Source of the DNA: Spirogloea muscicola
Lineage: Eukaryota
Assembly (NCBI GenBank): GCA_009602725.1
Contig: WELB01000023.1
Span: forward strand, 607,331 to 671,330
DNA length: 64,000 nucleotides
Direction: 5' to 3'
This document shows, one piece after another, positions 62,417 through 64,000 of this stretch. How positions within the stretch are numbered: position 1 is the first letter of the stretch; every line of letters starts with the position of its first letter. A program made the translations under genes and the position numbers. Under the pieces are notes generated by a model that was not told where the DNA came from, did no database searches, and saw only the letters and a program-made list of their open reading frames with translations.

Positions 62417-63849
62417 GCTTGGCCTCCTCCTCTGTATTCTTTTATTCGTTCCTCTACTACTCTTGCCAAATTTCAGCTCAAATGCAAGCCCGGGCGTGAT
62501 AATGGCGGAACCCTGGGCTAAGGGGATCGCACTTTTGTTGGGTGGAAGAAACCTCAAGTCGCCATGCAGACGTGTCCAAGCTTCCAAGCTTCCCCGAGGG
62601 AGTGTTGGCATGTCTGTCCACGGTGCGCTAAGCTTCAGTTTGACACAAGTCCAGCAGCGCGAGGGGGTCTGATCTGCCTCGAGCTGTGCAGGCATTTGCC
62701 TTCAATCTTCATGCATAATACGTGTTCTGCAATGCCAGGCTTTGCTGAGTACGCACCTTTACCCCTCCTAAGCTGCTAAACAGATTACTCATCATTTTCT
62801 AATAGAGCTGCTCGCTCTGTTCAGGTGCGTGCCCTGGCCTCCCTCTTTTGCGGTGCCTTTTGACAAGCGCTTGTTGGTGCCATTTAAAGCCACGACCACG
62901 GAAAAGGTCTCATTCTCTGGAGCCTCCTGGAATGTAGCTTATCAAAGGTACCTTGTAGCCTTGCAAAGATACCTTGTAGCTTCTACGTGTCGATCTACTC
63001 TCTAAGTGGCAGTGGACTTCAGAAGAGTCTAGGTTGACTTGCAGAGACTATTGTGTGCAAGGGCTCTCTGCCGCCTTTTATTTAGGAGAAGGCATTTGCT
63101 GCGACACATCGGCCCATTGACTGCCGAGGCTGCCCTGCAGGCTTCTGTCATTTTGTCATGGCTGGCTCCTAGGCCTTGTGGCTTCTTTTTGCAAGCACGA
63201 CACATTCTTTACATTAGACTGCTGTGGCTTGTGAAACCATCCACCCAGTGCGGAGCTTTTGCTTGTGTGCACGAAGAGCTGTTGCGACCTTGCTATTGCT
63301 TGTCACTAGTTAAAAGCCCGACAGAGTCTGCGGGGTCGCTGTGGCTGGGTTACTTTAGAGAACGACGGAAAATGGTGACCGACATATTCAATGTGGCTGC
63401 GCATAGAAACCCAACAATGGCACGTCGTAAGTGATGCAGGCACAACTGACTCTGGGCCCAGGCATCAGTATGAAAAATTAATGTGACAAACCCGGCCAGC
63501 TAAAAGCAGGTTGGAGACAATAAGGCCGATCGATTCAACCCATTATTCAGTAGTGGCCACACTCGGTAAGGATGGCGTGTGGGCTTAGTCTGCACTCCTC
63601 TGGGTACCCGTCCACGACCACGAAGCTTCCACTGTGTAAGAGCACTTTGGCAAACGTGATCCGACTGACAAGGGGGAAGAGTAGCTATAGTTGCCTGCAC
63701 TTGGACTGTTGCAGCCATCGCCTCCATTTGATGGAGGCCGTTAGCCTGGCCTAATGCGCGCCCAGCACGCTGATGTATCCCGAGTGCCTGGGAGCGCTGC
63801 AAACTCAATGATAAGTGGAAAGAAAGCGCTAATGCATGCTGCGAAGGGC

Positions 63850-64000
63850 CGAAAGAAGTGGCTCTCCCACTGGGGCCCGAAAGAGAGCTGCTTGAGGGCT
63901 AGCAAAGAAAGGGCTCGCCCATTGAGGATAGGGGCTGGACAAGCCAGCCCAAAAAAGAATAATCAGCAAAGCCAGCCCAGAGAAGGTTGGACAATGTCCA
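63850..64000 (-). repeat. Second cluster of the same retrotransposon 3'-tail modules, truncated by the window end
   Basis: aaagaagtggctctcccactgggg, gggctcgcccattgaggataggggctggacaagccagcccaaaaaagaat and ggacaatgtcca all match modules at 40.5-41.6 kb. Confidence 0.85.

Overview
Gene-dense, GC-rich eukaryotic DNA with many short spliceosomal introns. The gene content is land-plant-like, most consistent with a streptophyte alga or early-diverging plant (inference). All gene names come from my recognition of motifs, not from database searches. Thirteen protein-coding genes can be reconstructed: a conserved plant membrane protein, a sulfotransferase-like Golgi protein, an RluA-type pseudouridine synthase, eIF3c, a bZIP transcription factor whose basic region is split across exons, a PPR protein, ARP5, MPP-beta, a membrane-anchored GH9 endoglucanase, complex I subunit P1, a Twinkle primase-helicase, PRMT5 and an O-fucosyltransferase-like protein. 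Ten of the 13 form five head-to-head pairs, and all four multi-base N gaps fall at the GC-rich 5' ends of such pairs. Notable observations are: a ~1.9 kb nest of 5'-truncated RLE-type non-LTR retrotransposon 3' ends sharing a conserved stem-loop; a ~440 bp AT-rich fold-back; a duplicated 49 bp intronic palindrome; twin palindromes near the window start; at least six GC-AG introns; and a GH9 with an altered DAGD catalytic motif and a Pro-rich repeat tail. No rRNA, tRNA or CRISPR array was seen.
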